A stretch of 64,000 bases of DNA, from NCBI GenBank assembly GCA_045863335.1, contig BTVY01000012.1, positions 64,001 to 128,000 of the forward strand. The letters run 5' to 3'. Below are positions 47,831-57,949 of the stretch, piece by piece (positions within the stretch are counted from its first letter, which is position 1; the number at the start of each line of letters is the position of its first letter). Made by a program: the position numbers and the translations under genes. The notes beneath the pieces were generated by a model that was not told the DNA's origin, searched no databases, and saw only the letters and a list, made by a program, of their open reading frames with translations. The stretch comes from Candidatus Hydrogenedentota bacterium. GTDB taxonomy: Bacteria; Hydrogenedentota; Hydrogenedentia; Hydrogenedentales; SLHB01.

Positions 47831-48291
47831 TTGCCGACAGGTTCGGCAAAGCGTTGATGCTACCGACGCGGGACGATATTCAGGTGGCGAAGGCTGCGCA
47901 TATCCGCATCCTTCGCACTTTATACGACTATTGCAGTTTGGCCTGCTTATCAGCAATGAATTCCTTCCTAGACGTGGATGTTCTCTCGCTTCTGCTGTTC
48001 TTAACGGCGAAGCGCCCATCAGAATACCGTATCGCTGTCAGGCTCAGATACTCCGCTGCCGCGTGTAACACTTTGAATCGACTCGACAAAGGACCAACGA
48101 AAGGCGTTGACATGTCGCCACTGGTCGCGTTAGGATAAGCACCAGATGGGGAGTCGGTCCGGGTGACCGAAGGGAAACCGGATAAGCGGAACTGGGCAAA
48201 ACGATACACGAAAAATTTATCGTATTGCTTAGTATTTACCCAAGCACACCGGATTCTGCACCGGTATCGCGATCAGAAGGGGAGCGGCCAA

Positions 48292-48816
48292 GTGGTGGAA
48301 ACCTGTTATGCGCGAAGTCGAGGCGGGGGTCGTTGGGCATCTGGCTTTACGCTGATCGAAGTCTTGGTCGCCCTCGCGGTCTTGAGTGTAGCTGCCTCGG
48401 TGTTCATTTCTCTTTTTTCCAACTGTGTCGCTCTTGGACAGCGGGATCGGTCACGGCAAGTAGCTTACTCCATCGCGCAACAGCGCTTGACCGAGATCGC
48501 GGTTGCGCCGGAATCCTACGCCTGGCCGGCATCAGAATCGCTGGCATCGGGCGAGCTGATGGAGGTCGCCGCTCCCGCTGAAACGACGGCGATATCCTCC
48601 CAAACGCCTGTGGCTTTGCCCACGTACCCAGCTGCGGACAGACGAGAGCGGTCGTTCCACGAGAGATTTTCCTCGCAGCTTTATGCCCGTGGCCTGGGCG
48701 ATGGCAGCGGTATGGGCGAGGTCACCGCAGTCGTCAGGTGGCAGAGCGAAGGCAGGGATCAATCAGTCAGCCTCACGACCCTCATGCCAATCCCGGCGAC
48801 AGGAGGCAACTCATGA
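48292..48816 (+). CDS. Type II secretion minor pseudopilin (GspI/PilV-like)
   Basis: GFTLIEVLVALAVL prepilin motif; GTG start with AAGGGGAG RBS. Confidence 0.82.
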   Translation: MVETCYARSRGGGRWASGFTLIEVLVALAVLSVAASVFISLFSNCVALGQRDRSRQVAYSIAQQRLTEIAVAPESYAWPASESLASGELMEVAAPAETTAISSQTPVALPTYPAADRRERSFHERFSSQLYARGLGDGSGMGEVTAVVRWQSEGRDQSVSLTTLMPIPATGGNS

Positions 48817-49442
48817 AGCCACGGCATGTGAATCCCTCCGGCTTCACGATTCTAGAACTGTTGGTCGTCCTCGCCATCATGGCCGTGGTCACCGGCATCG
48901 GTTCCGTTGCTTTCGTGAAAATCACGGGACACTGGAACGGGCTTCGTCTTCGGACGGAGATGGATCGAAGTTGCGAGAATATCTTCGCGAGCATCCAACA
49001 GGATCTGAATTCCGTAATCCCTGCCTCGCTGACCCCGGTTCCGTTGACGGGGAAAGCCGATGCTGTGACAATGCCCGAGTTTTTTGGCATTCCTTTGGCC
49101 GACGATACGCTGTCTATTCCCGTTCTCGCGCCGAATCAGGAGGGACGGCAGACTCCCGTTTTGGCCACGTATTCCGTGACGCGAGACGATTCCGGCGCCC
49201 CCCTGCTGGTTCGCGGCCAGCGTCCCGTAGATGCAGGTGAAGACGCCGAGTCCGCGATTACACTTGCCCGGGGGGTTCTTCAGTTTCGTGTGGAGTACGC
49301 AGACGGCGGAAAGTGGGTTGAGGGATGGACCAGTTCGTCGCTGCCTGCGGCGATCCGCGTCAGTTTGAACCTGGCGGTACCGGGCGATCCGCTCCGCGAA
49401 CAGGTTTCCCGCGTCCAGGTCTTTCCGGTGCAAGTCCAGTGA
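48813..49442 (+). CDS. gspJ: Type II secretion minor pseudopilin GspJ-like
   Basis: GFTILELLVV; F.VEY.DG.KW..W...LPAAIRV. Confidence 0.8.
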   Translation: MKPRHVNPSGFTILELLVVLAIMAVVTGIGSVAFVKITGHWNGLRLRTEMDRSCENIFASIQQDLNSVIPASLTPVPLTGKADAVTMPEFFGIPLADDTLSIPVLAPNQEGRQTPVLATYSVTRDDSGAPLLVRGQRPVDAGEDAESAITLARGVLQFRVEYADGGKWVEGWTSSSLPAAIRVSLNLAVPGDPLREQVSRVQVFPVQVQ

Positions 49443-49450
49443 GGAACGTC

Positions 49451-50473
49451 ATGACGCTATCGAAGACGAGACGCAACGACGAAGGTGCCGCTCTGATTAC
49501 GGTCCTGGGCCTGCTGGTCGTGTTCATGATGTTGGGCACCGCCTGGGTCGGGTACATGATGGTCGAACACCAGGAGACCGATTGGAACGTCAACGGACTC
49601 CACGCCACCCACGCGGCTCAAGGCGGCATCAATGCCGGTATCGCCGCCGTACAATCGGCAATTGCCGAAGGGACGTCTCCCAAACTGAATGATCGGATCG
49701 AGCTCGAGATTCCTGTGTACCGGGAGAATACCGCTGACACCGGCGTGCCGGCCGCATCGGACCGGCGCGTTTGCCGCGTAAGCGTGCGGTTAATGGACGA
49801 GGCTGCTCGCGTCAATATCAATCACGCGCCACCGAACGTATTGCGCGAGATCCTTCAAGTCGATGGGGAGAAGGCCCGGCAGATTCGCAGCAGCCTTCCG
49901 CGTACCGAAGAAGCCGCGGGCGAAGGAGATGAAGTGCGGCGGTGGTTCAGCAGCGTCGACGAATTGGTGACGCGCGGCTTTCTGGCGCCCGAAGCGCTCT
50001 CGGAAGACATGGCCGGCATGTTGACGGTATACACTGTGCCGGATCCGGCGAATGCCCACGGGTACATGAACGTGAATACGGCGCCGGCTCGGGTACTTCA
50101 GGCGCTTCTCAATATCACGCCTGAAACCGCGACCCAAGTTGCGAATGCGCGGCCTTTTGGCGACGTCACGGAACTAAGCGCGGCGGCCGGTAAAGACCCC
50201 GCCGCGTTCAACGTACGGCCCGCGCCCGACGCGCTCAACACGCTGCCTCCGGAATTGAGCTTCTCGTCGCGGTGCTACCGGATCCTGAGCACTGCGGAAC
50301 TCGTCGACACGCAAGCGGCCGATGCGAGCGTCCCCGTGGCTACGGTGACGATCGAAGCAGTTGCGTGCGTGGACGATCAAGGCAATACCCGTATCATGTA
50401 CTGGAACGAGTCAGCCGGGCGCGATTCCGCGGAACCCAGCGAGGAACCAGAGCCCGAGGCTCCAGCGGCCTAG
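49451..50473 (+). CDS. gspK: Type II secretion protein GspK-like
   Basis: GAALITVL, DEAARVNIN, MNVNTAP..VLQAL, F..S..YRI. Confidence 0.85.
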   Translation: MTLSKTRRNDEGAALITVLGLLVVFMMLGTAWVGYMMVEHQETDWNVNGLHATHAAQGGINAGIAAVQSAIAEGTSPKLNDRIELEIPVYRENTADTGVPAASDRRVCRVSVRLMDEAARVNINHAPPNVLREILQVDGEKARQIRSSLPRTEEAAGEGDEVRRWFSSVDELVTRGFLAPEALSEDMAGMLTVYTVPDPANAHGYMNVNTAPARVLQALLNITPETATQVANARPFGDVTELSAAAGKDPAAFNVRPAPDALNTLPPELSFSSRCYRILSTAELVDTQAADASVPVATVTIEAVACVDDQGNTRIMYWNESAGRDSAEPSEEPEPEAPAA

Positions 50474-50506
50474 GCGAGCGTTAGACCCAAGGGAGGATTA
50501 CTGATC

Positions 50507-51769
50507 ATGGCCACGAAAGGCGATAAGCCTGCGGCAGGCGGCATCAAACGGGTACCCCGCGGCACCAAGAAGGCGGGGGGCCGCAAATCGACAGCGAAAG
50601 CCACCTTCGATCTGGATGAGGCCGCCGAATCCGCCGAGGCGGCTCCCGTAGCTTCGCGCTCATTCACGAGCAGCGGGTTTTTCGCGACCGGCTTGGGCCC
50701 GATCCCGGAACGGGACATCACCGACGTGTTGCGCCAATTGATTATGCTCCTTGATGCGGGCACGCCCTTGCTCAAATCGCTCCAGATTCTCGCGCAGCGC
50801 AGTGAACGGGCCCGGGTCCGCGCCTTGCTCGCCGACATCGGCAGTTTCGTGGAAAACGGCAATGCCCTGTGGCAGGCCTTTGAACGGCATCCCAACCAGT
50901 TCGATCCGGTATTTGTGAACCTCGTCAAAGCCAGCGAAGCGAGCGGTACCTTGACCACCGTGCTCAAACGCCTGATCGCCTACCGCGAACGCCGGGACAT
51001 GCTGAAACGGCGCATGCGCGGGGCATTGTGGTACCCCGTGGTACTGGTCGCGGTTTGCGCGCTCGTCCTCTTGCTTATCGCCAAGGTGGTTATTCCGCAG
51101 TTCCAGGAAATCTTCGCCAAACTCGATATCGCGGACAAGCTGCCCTGGTATACCACGACCCTGATTTCGACCGTCGAGACCCTGAGTTCGTGGCAAATCG
51201 TCGTGCCGGTGCTGGTCGCCCTGGTGGCCATCGTCGTCGTCTACAAAATCGTGGTGCGAGTCAGCCCCTTGTGGCGCATACGGGCGGACCGCTGGAAGAT
51301 GCGTATCCCGCGCATAGGCCACTCTATCGTGCGCAAGCGCGCCGTCGTGGATTTCACCCGCTCGCTCTCCCTGCTCCTGCGCAGCGGCCTTTCCATGATG
51401 GTTACGCTCGATCTCGTTCGAAACGTAATCCACAATAAGGCGATGGCCCATTCGCTTCAGGCGGTCCGCGACAGCGTGGAACGGGGCGAGGGAATCGAAG
51501 AACCCATGCGCGACGCGAAGGGCATCTTCCCGCCGGTCGTCGTAGACATGCTGGTCACGGGTGAAGAATCGGGACAATTGGACGATATTGCCGAACATAT
51601 CGCCGAAACCTACGAAGAAGAGCTGAACATCACCATCGGTACGTTGGGGGAAATGCTCCAACCCATTCTGACCATTATTATCGGTCTCGTGGTCATGGTG
51701 CTCTTCCTGGCCCTGTTCGTGCCCATGATTACGATGTTGAACGAGATCGGAAACAGCGCGGGGACCTAA
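50507..51769 (+). CDS. Type II secretion system F / PilC family platform protein
   Basis: RQL..LLDAG.PL, SEASG.L, ALWYP, GEESGQL, LALFVPM. Confidence 0.93.
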   Translation: MATKGDKPAAGGIKRVPRGTKKAGGRKSTAKATFDLDEAAESAEAAPVASRSFTSSGFFATGLGPIPERDITDVLRQLIMLLDAGTPLLKSLQILAQRSERARVRALLADIGSFVENGNALWQAFERHPNQFDPVFVNLVKASEASGTLTTVLKRLIAYRERRDMLKRRMRGALWYPVVLVAVCALVLLLIAKVVIPQFQEIFAKLDIADKLPWYTTTLISTVETLSSWQIVVPVLVALVAIVVVYKIVVRVSPLWRIRADRWKMRIPRIGHSIVRKRAVVDFTRSLSLLLRSGLSMMVTLDLVRNVIHNKAMAHSLQAVRDSVERGEGIEEPMRDAKGIFPPVVVDMLVTGEESGQLDDIAEHIAETYEEELNITIGTLGEMLQPILTIIIGLVVMVLFLALFVPMITMLNEIGNSAGT

Positions 51770-51795
51770 GAACTCGTCTCCGTGTATGACGGTCC

Positions 51796-51833
51796 CCGGG
51801 GGGCGTTGCGTTGCAGCGCCCCCCGGTTCTTTT
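51796..51833 (+). terminator. Rho-independent terminator
   Basis: CCGGGGGGCGTTGC-GTT-GCAGCGCCCCCCGG followed by TTCTTTT. Confidence 0.75.
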
Positions 51834-51924
51834 GGTATCCTGCCGTCCTTCGGTAACGCGCCAGGGGGTCCGTTCCAGACGCCCCCCCGTTGCCTGTGGC
51901 GCTTCAAGCAGGAGGGACTGATCC

Positions 51925-53445
51925 GTGACGATTGCGCAACTTCTCGATGAACGGGCGCGCGAACTGGGCGACAAAACATATCTCATGTGCGAGGGCGAGG
52001 AATTGACCTACGCCCAGGTCAACGAGAACGCGCGGCGCGTGGCGGGCAACTTGGCCGCCCGGGGCATCGGCAAAGACGCCAAGATCGTACTGCTGATGGG
52101 AAACTGCGTGGAGTTCGTATCCGTCTTCCTCGGCGCAGGACGGATCGGCGCCGTGGTCGTTCCCGTGAATCCCATGTTAAAGCCCGCGGAACTGGCGCAC
52201 ATCGTCAACAACTCCGACGCGGAGACCATCATCACCATTCCCGAGTTTGCACCCCTCCTCCAACAGGCGGGCGCGCTGTTTCCCCGCGTTACTCGTTTTT
52301 TTGTCGTCGGCGGAACCTGTGAAGGCGCGGAGCCATTCGATGTACTGATGAAACCCGTCTCCGGCGACGATACGTTCGCCGCCGATGCGACGGACGATGC
52401 CGCGCTCATCTATACGTCCGGCACCACCGGCCAGCCCAAAGGCGTCATTCTGACCCACCGCAACTACCTGGCGAACGCGCGCATGCTGGTGCATGTGATT
52501 GCCATGGGTCCCACAGACCGCTTTCTACTGGTGTTGCCGCTATTCCACGTCAACGCCCAGGTCGTCTCGATCCTCGCCCCGCTCATGGCCCGCGCGGACG
52601 TGGTCATCATGAAGAAGTTCAATCCGTTCGGAATCCTCCCGGCCATCGAAGCCTACCGGACGACGATCATGAGCGCAGTGCCGACCATCTACAACATCAT
52701 CTGCCGCTTGATGCGCGCCGAACCGCGCGACATCAGTTCCATGCGCCTCTTCGCCTCGGGCGCGGCGCCCTTGCCCGAACACACCTACCTGGAGACCCAG
52801 GCAGTACTCCAGAAACCTCTGGTCATGGGATACGGCCTCACGGAAGCCACGTGCGCCAGCGCCGCGGCGGACGAAAGAGATCCGATCAAATGGAATTCGG
52901 TCGGACCTCCGTTGCGCTACACCAGCATCCGCATCGTCGATGAGAACGGCGCGGATGTCCCTTACGGCGAGGTAGGCGAGATCCTGGTCGCCGGCCCGAC
53001 CGTTATGAAGGGCTACTACAAGGACCCCGACGCCACCCGCGAAGTCCTGCAGAACGGCTGGCTGAAGACCGGCGACTTGGGCCGGTTCGATGAAGACGGC
53101 TATCTCTACATTGTTGGCCGGCTAAAAGACTTGATCATCCGTGGCGGCCAGAACATCTATCCCACCGAGGTCGAGAATGTGTTGTCGACCTACCCCGGTG
53201 TCGAGGAGTGCGCGGTGGTGGGCGTCGACGATGCGCAATGGGGACAGGAAGTTCTCGCCACTATCAAGGTTGTCGACGGACAATCCATCGACCCCGTTAC
53301 CGTGATGGACTATTGCCGGGAGCGCATGGCGTCCTATAAGTGTCCCCGGATCGTTCGCTTTGTGGCCGAGCATCCGAAGACTGCAACCGGCAAGATCAAA
53401 AAGGCGGAAATCGCGGAGGCATTCGCGACGGGAGCGCTATCTTGA
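51925..53445 (+). CDS. Long-chain fatty acid--CoA ligase (AMP-binding)
   Basis: IYTSGTTGQPKG, GYGLTEA, LKTGDLG, GRLKD.IIRGG, TATGKI. Confidence 0.92.
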   Translation: MTIAQLLDERARELGDKTYLMCEGEELTYAQVNENARRVAGNLAARGIGKDAKIVLLMGNCVEFVSVFLGAGRIGAVVVPVNPMLKPAELAHIVNNSDAETIITIPEFAPLLQQAGALFPRVTRFFVVGGTCEGAEPFDVLMKPVSGDDTFAADATDDAALIYTSGTTGQPKGVILTHRNYLANARMLVHVIAMGPTDRFLLVLPLFHVNAQVVSILAPLMARADVVIMKKFNPFGILPAIEAYRTTIMSAVPTIYNIICRLMRAEPRDISSMRLFASGAAPLPEHTYLETQAVLQKPLVMGYGLTEATCASAAADERDPIKWNSVGPPLRYTSIRIVDENGADVPYGEVGEILVAGPTVMKGYYKDPDATREVLQNGWLKTGDLGRFDEDGYLYIVGRLKDLIIRGGQNIYPTEVENVLSTYPGVEECAVVGVDDAQWGQEVLATIKVVDGQSIDPVTVMDYCRERMASYKCPRIVRFVAEHPKTATGKIKKAEIAEAFATGALS

Positions 53446-53508
53446 CGGAAAGGGACTTCGGCGCAACCGGGTGCTGCCGTATTCGGGAAGTATTTTGATC
53501 AATAAGAA

Positions 53509-53536
53509 TGCCGCCCCCTCAATCGAGGGGGCGGCA
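53509..53536. terminator. Hairpin between convergent genes (probable bidirectional terminator)
   Basis: TGCCGCCCCCTC-AATC-GAGGGGGCGGCA. Confidence 0.65.
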
Positions 53537-53562
53537 GCGTTGTTCAAGACGGGGTCGTGTTT

Positions 53563-55194
53563 CTACTGCTGCGGAGCCGGACGCGCGCCCGGCGCCCCTC
53601 CCGTGGCAGCTTGGCTCTTCTGAAGCTCCTCGTACTGCACCTTGGCCCGTTCCGCGTCCTCGACCTTGCTGCGCGCCTCTTCGATGAGCTTTTGCTTCTG
53701 TTCCGCATCCGGGCCTTCTTGATCCGGCACGACGTTCAGCACGGTCTCCACACCGGTATACCGGCTCATGGCTTCCTCGAATTTCTTGTCTTCAACCAGC
53801 CGGTCGCCTTCATCAATCATGTCCTGGGCCTGGTCCAACACGCGCCGAATGATTCGGCTAATCATTCGATTGGCGGTATCAATGTTGTCTTTGGCCGCCT
53901 GGGCCTGTTCCGAGAACTCAGGCGTGACCAACTCCAGCACCAAGATGGCTTGTTCGTACTTCGCCAAAGCATCTTCGTTCTGCTCGGTGGCAAAGCTTGC
54001 TTCGGCTTCGCGCAAGACCGCCTCGCCTTTCGCAACCGTTTGGATCGCCATTTGCTGGCGTTCGTTCCGCTCGGTAATCGCAACCTGCGTCTCGTTGATC
54101 AGATTCGCCGCTTCCTCGTCGGCACGATTGTATTCCAACGCGCGGGTAAAGGCATTCAGCGCCAACTGCAGGGTCTCGCTGGGCGCGTCCGGCTCGGACG
54201 CCTTGTCAAATAATTCCTTGCCCTGATCGAGATAGTGATTCGCCAGCTTGCCCAGGATGCGCTTGCGGTGAGGCCCGTTCATCGCCAGCGACGCGTCCCA
54301 CTCTTGCACCGCACGTTCGCGGGCCTCTTGAGTTCCAAACTCGTAAAACGCATCGCCAATCCGCTCATAGACACTCTGGTCGGTCGAATGCAGCTCCGAC
54401 AGTCTGCGGTATGCCTTCTCCGCTTCGAGCAGATTCTTCTTTTCCGTCAGAAGATATTCGATCTCGCTGACAACATATGACACGACCGACTTGCCCGACG
54501 GGTCCATGTCGCTGGCGTCACCTTCCGAGCGAAGCACGGTGTACCAGCAGTCCGCCACGGCGACCACGGCATTCTCGAAGAACGCCTGCCCGCCCTGCGT
54601 CATGAACCCTTCATAGCCCCGGCCGATCTGGTAGTCCGCTAGAATCAAGGTCTTCGCATCATCGAAAAACTGCTGCTTCTCGCGGAAGTACAGCGTTGGA
54701 TTTCGGACGTACTCAAGATGCTTCGGGCGGGAAGTCATGTGATAGCTCTTCAAATGACCGTCGATGTCCTCGCTGATTTGCTCCAGCAACCGCTGGCTCT
54801 GGGCGTCGTACTCGAAGGAGTATGGCAACATGACGTCCGACACCAGTCCGGCAAGGACGCCCATCCGATAGCTGAAATAGCTGCCTACGCCGTACTGACG
54901 CACTTCCCGCAGGACCTGGATTTCCGTGCCCACCGCGTTGATCGCTTCCATGCGCGAGCCTAAAGGAATCCCTGCCAGCTCGCTTCGGTAGTTTACCGCC
55001 CCTCGCAACACGTCGGACTCATAACTGATGTCGGCGCTTTTGAAAGGATTGTTGTAGAGTTGGCTCAGCACCTGAAAGGCCGTGGCCACTATGGACTTCT
55101 GCGCCGTGGGGCCCCAAGCCCCCGCTTCGGTGGCGACAAGCCCCAAACTCATTCCGGCTACGATGATGAATCTTGACAGAAACCTGCACGTCAT
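53563..55194 (-). CDS. Exported helical/TPR-like protein
   Basis: Signal peptide ending AGA|WG; TPR-like helical repeats in C-terminal half. Confidence 0.75.
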   Translation of the reverse strand: MTCRFLSRFIIVAGMSLGLVATEAGAWGPTAQKSIVATAFQVLSQLYNNPFKSADISYESDVLRGAVNYRSELAGIPLGSRMEAINAVGTEIQVLREVRQYGVGSYFSYRMGVLAGLVSDVMLPYSFEYDAQSQRLLEQISEDIDGHLKSYHMTSRPKHLEYVRNPTLYFREKQQFFDDAKTLILADYQIGRGYEGFMTQGGQAFFENAVVAVADCWYTVLRSEGDASDMDPSGKSVVSYVVSEIEYLLTEKKNLLEAEKAYRRLSELHSTDQSVYERIGDAFYEFGTQEARERAVQEWDASLAMNGPHRKRILGKLANHYLDQGKELFDKASEPDAPSETLQLALNAFTRALEYNRADEEAANLINETQVAITERNERQQMAIQTVAKGEAVLREAEASFATEQNEDALAKYEQAILVLELVTPEFSEQAQAAKDNIDTANRMISRIIRRVLDQAQDMIDEGDRLVEDKKFEEAMSRYTGVETVLNVVPDQEGPDAEQKQKLIEEARSKVEDAERAKVQYEELQKSQAATGGAPGARPAPQQ

Positions 55195-55867
55195 GGTCTA
55201 CCTCGTTCGTTTCGGGCTCATCACCCAAGCGCGACTGCGGTTTTGTTTCGTTCCAGCCCCTCGTGCGCGACCACTGCCACGCTCTACGAAGGGGTATTCC
55301 CCGAATCACGATGGCCCCGGCCGCACTTCCACCGGACTCATCCAACTCAACGCAAGAAACCCCGATCTGACGGAACCCGGGCCGACTTCGCGATCGCTCA
55401 CAACTGCGTGCCAGCGCCTGCCAAGTTTCTACCCGCCAGTCGATAGGAGAATATCATACCCCATCTGCTGCCTTGAATTCCTGTGCCACGGCCTGCGCCC
55501 GCGCCGTAGCCGGCAATGCCTCGGCCGTGGGGAAAACGTCCCGCTGCCCCGCCGTCGGCCACCCCGTTACCGCGCGTACTCTGGTGCGCTCCCGTTCCCC
55601 GAATCCGCAATTCTCGCACGTACACCCTGTCCGGCCGGGCTTCCCCGTGTTCCCGTGTAAATACGGTCACACTGGCGAGTCCGAATTGCGCTCGGCTGTG
55701 CGCGACAGAAACCCGGGCTAACCCTCTGCCAAACAGTAGCATATGCATCCCGGGCCGTCAACAATGCCTGTCGACCGGCAGCCAATGGAAATGCGCGGAA
55801 TTCGGACCCAGTGGGCCAAATCCCGCGCAGTGTTACAGCCTACCGGCATGGACTACAGCCCTTCCGG

Positions 55868-56965
55868 CTAGAATGTTGTGATGTTCAACCCGTCATACAG
55901 CGGATCGCTTGGGTAATACCAGAACCGCGGTTCGTAAGGCGTGCCCGGAAGGCGGTTTCCGCACCAAGGCGGCACGTTTAGCAGCGGCCAGTTATCATAG
56001 ACGTTCGCCTGGAGGAACAACACGAAGTCCTGCGTGTACGGTAACTCGACCCGGAAGAAGTCGTTCTCGTATTTCTTGGCTTCCACGTGGCCATCGAGGT
56101 ACAGGACATTTCCGCCGCTTGGCTCGTGGTTCATGATAATTCGCCCGTTCTCCGTAAACGAGTCGAACATGACCGGAATCTGAGAATCGGCGACGGAGCT
56201 GTTGGCGGGGTTGTTGATGTCGGTAATAAACAGGCGGCCCGCACCGATTCGCGTGCGATAAAAAGTGTTTCCGCCGCCAGGGCCATGCCCGCCCGGAACG
56301 CTGAGATCGCGATTCATGAAATTGGTTTCTGCGAGCCACATCCGCCGGTAAATCTCGTCAAAGAGAAACAGGCCCTGCTCCTCCGTCACAACAGAGTACG
56401 GCAAGTACGTGTACATCTGGCTTGTCATACATTCCCAGTCGGTCCGCAAGCCCAGTAGCCGTACACGACTCCAGAACTCCGGATCGCCATCGAGCGGGTC
56501 CGAGGAAACGCCGTTGAAGAATTGCGGCGTGATGTGCTCCGGCGAAAACGTTTCGTCCTGGTACCAACGATCCCTGTCGCTGGGAGTGTGGGCACCCAGG
56601 CCCGACGGGCACACCAGCACGCGGACATCAGTCAGATAATCCGGAAAAATGGACTTCGCGTCCATGATGAAATTGTTGCGTACCATCTGCATGGGATAGT
56701 TGAAGGTCGGATTCGGCGGAATGTACTGCGCCTCGCCCCAGAAATGGTTCGGCGCTCCCGGAGGGTATGAATCCGAACTCTCGTTGGCGTACATCATGAA
56801 CGCCAAACCCATCTGCTTGAGATTGTTCTGGCAGCTCGCCTTGCGTGCCGCTTCGCGCGCACGCGCCAGAACCGGCAGCAGAAGTGCCGCGAGGATACCG
56901 ATGATGCTGATAACGACGAGCAGTTCGATCAGCGTGAAACCTCGTGAATACCGCTTGCGCTTCAT
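55868..56965 (-). CDS. DUF1559 / prepilin-type N-terminal cleavage and H-X9-DG domain protein
   Basis: [39 protein letters not shown]; [13 protein letters not shown]. Confidence 0.93.
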   Translation of the reverse strand: MKRKRYSRGFTLIELLVVISIIGILAALLLPVLARAREAARKASCQNNLKQMGLAFMMYANESSDSYPPGAPNHFWGEAQYIPPNPTFNYPMQMVRNNFIMDAKSIFPDYLTDVRVLVCPSGLGAHTPSDRDRWYQDETFSPEHITPQFFNGVSSDPLDGDPEFWSRVRLLGLRTDWECMTSQMYTYLPYSVVTEEQGLFLFDEIYRRMWLAETNFMNRDLSVPGGHGPGGGNTFYRTRIGAGRLFITDINNPANSSVADSQIPVMFDSFTENGRIIMNHEPSGGNVLYLDGHVEAKKYENDFFRVELPYTQDFVLFLQANVYDNWPLLNVPPWCGNRLPGTPYEPRFWYYPSDPLYDGLNITTF

Positions 56966-57201
56966 AGCAATCGCCCCTTCCTGATATGTCGTGTCGAGGC
57001 GGACAGCGCGCCCCACACGTTTCGCACCGCAAGGCAACCTACGGCCAGAACCGCTTCTTGTGTTCATCCTCAGCCTATCACTGGGACGCAACGCTGTCAA
57101 CGGTTTTCCAGGATGGTACAAGGTGCCTGAAGCACTGAGCTTACCAGCAAACGAAATGTTGACCGTGTTTGCCGCAATATGATAGCATTCCGCTTCGCGG
57201 T

Positions 57202-57278
57202 GGGCGACTAGCTCAGGTGGTTAGAGCGCCGTCTTCACACGGCGGAGGTCGCTGGTTCGAGCCCAGCGTCGCCCACCA
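57202..57278 (+). tRNA. tRNA-Val(CAC)
   Basis: GGGCGACTAGCTCAGGTGGTTAGAGCGCCGTCTTCACACGGCGGAGGTCGCTGGTTCGAGCCCAGCGTCGCCCACCA; TTGACC/TAGCAT promoter upstream. Confidence 0.95.
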
Positions 57279-57351
57279 TCTAAACAACCTCACACAAATA
57301 ACTTACACCACCGCAACGCATACCCATCTGAAGCATCTCCCCGATAAGGGG

Positions 57352-57714
57352 TCACCCTCCTTCGGGCGCATCATCCGGCTCGCTTCGTGGAATTGCATCG
57401 AAACTACGAATCCGCTTCCGGGTCTGCTCGGAAAAACTTTCGAGATCGGCGTCCGTCAACAGGCCCATCCTTCGCATGATGATAAGTTGGATCTCCGCCG
57501 TCGAACGCCGGAAGTCGTCGAAGGCGTTTGCCAACTCGCCGTCGCGCTCCTCGATCAACTTGGACACGCGGAGATACCGCTCATGCGCAGTCCCGTCGGT
57601 CGATGTAACTGCGACGGCAATCTCTTCGAGCACGCGCGCACAGAACCGCTCGAGCAGTTCCGCATGCACGAGCTTGAATTGACGCCAGTCACGTTCCGGT
57701 ATTTGTGTTGACAT
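57352..57714 (-). CDS. Small helical hypothetical protein
   Basis: IPERDWRQFK...LERFCARVL...HERYL...FDDFRRS...FSEQTR. Confidence 0.75.
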   Translation of the reverse strand: MSTQIPERDWRQFKLVHAELLERFCARVLEEIAVAVTSTDGTAHERYLRVSKLIEERDGELANAFDDFRRSTAEIQLIIMRRMGLLTDADLESFSEQTRKRIRSFDAIPRSEPDDAPEGG

Positions 57715-57949
57715 TATCGCACCCGTTTGTTGAAGAGCCGACGGTACACCGTCCCCCAGCAATCCCGTTGTTCGGCGCGGTCAGTGTTCTTCGATTTCTT
57801 GGGAAACCTGGCCGACACGAGGTACACCCCGATACCGAGTTTGAGCGACGCCTTAACACTCGCGAGCACTTTGTGACGGAGAAATGCTCGCGGTTTCAAG
57901 AGAACTGATTGACAATAATCCAACATCGCGTTCGGCCGGCCGTACTTGC

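Noticed and set aside
47835-48290. Riboswitch or ORF between feo and the pseudopilin operon
   Set aside because: No recognisable aptamer consensus or convincing coding signal by eye
55200-55865. Sigma54 promoters or ncRNA in the long intergenic region
   Set aside because: TGGCA motifs lack correctly spaced TTGC; no clear conserved structure
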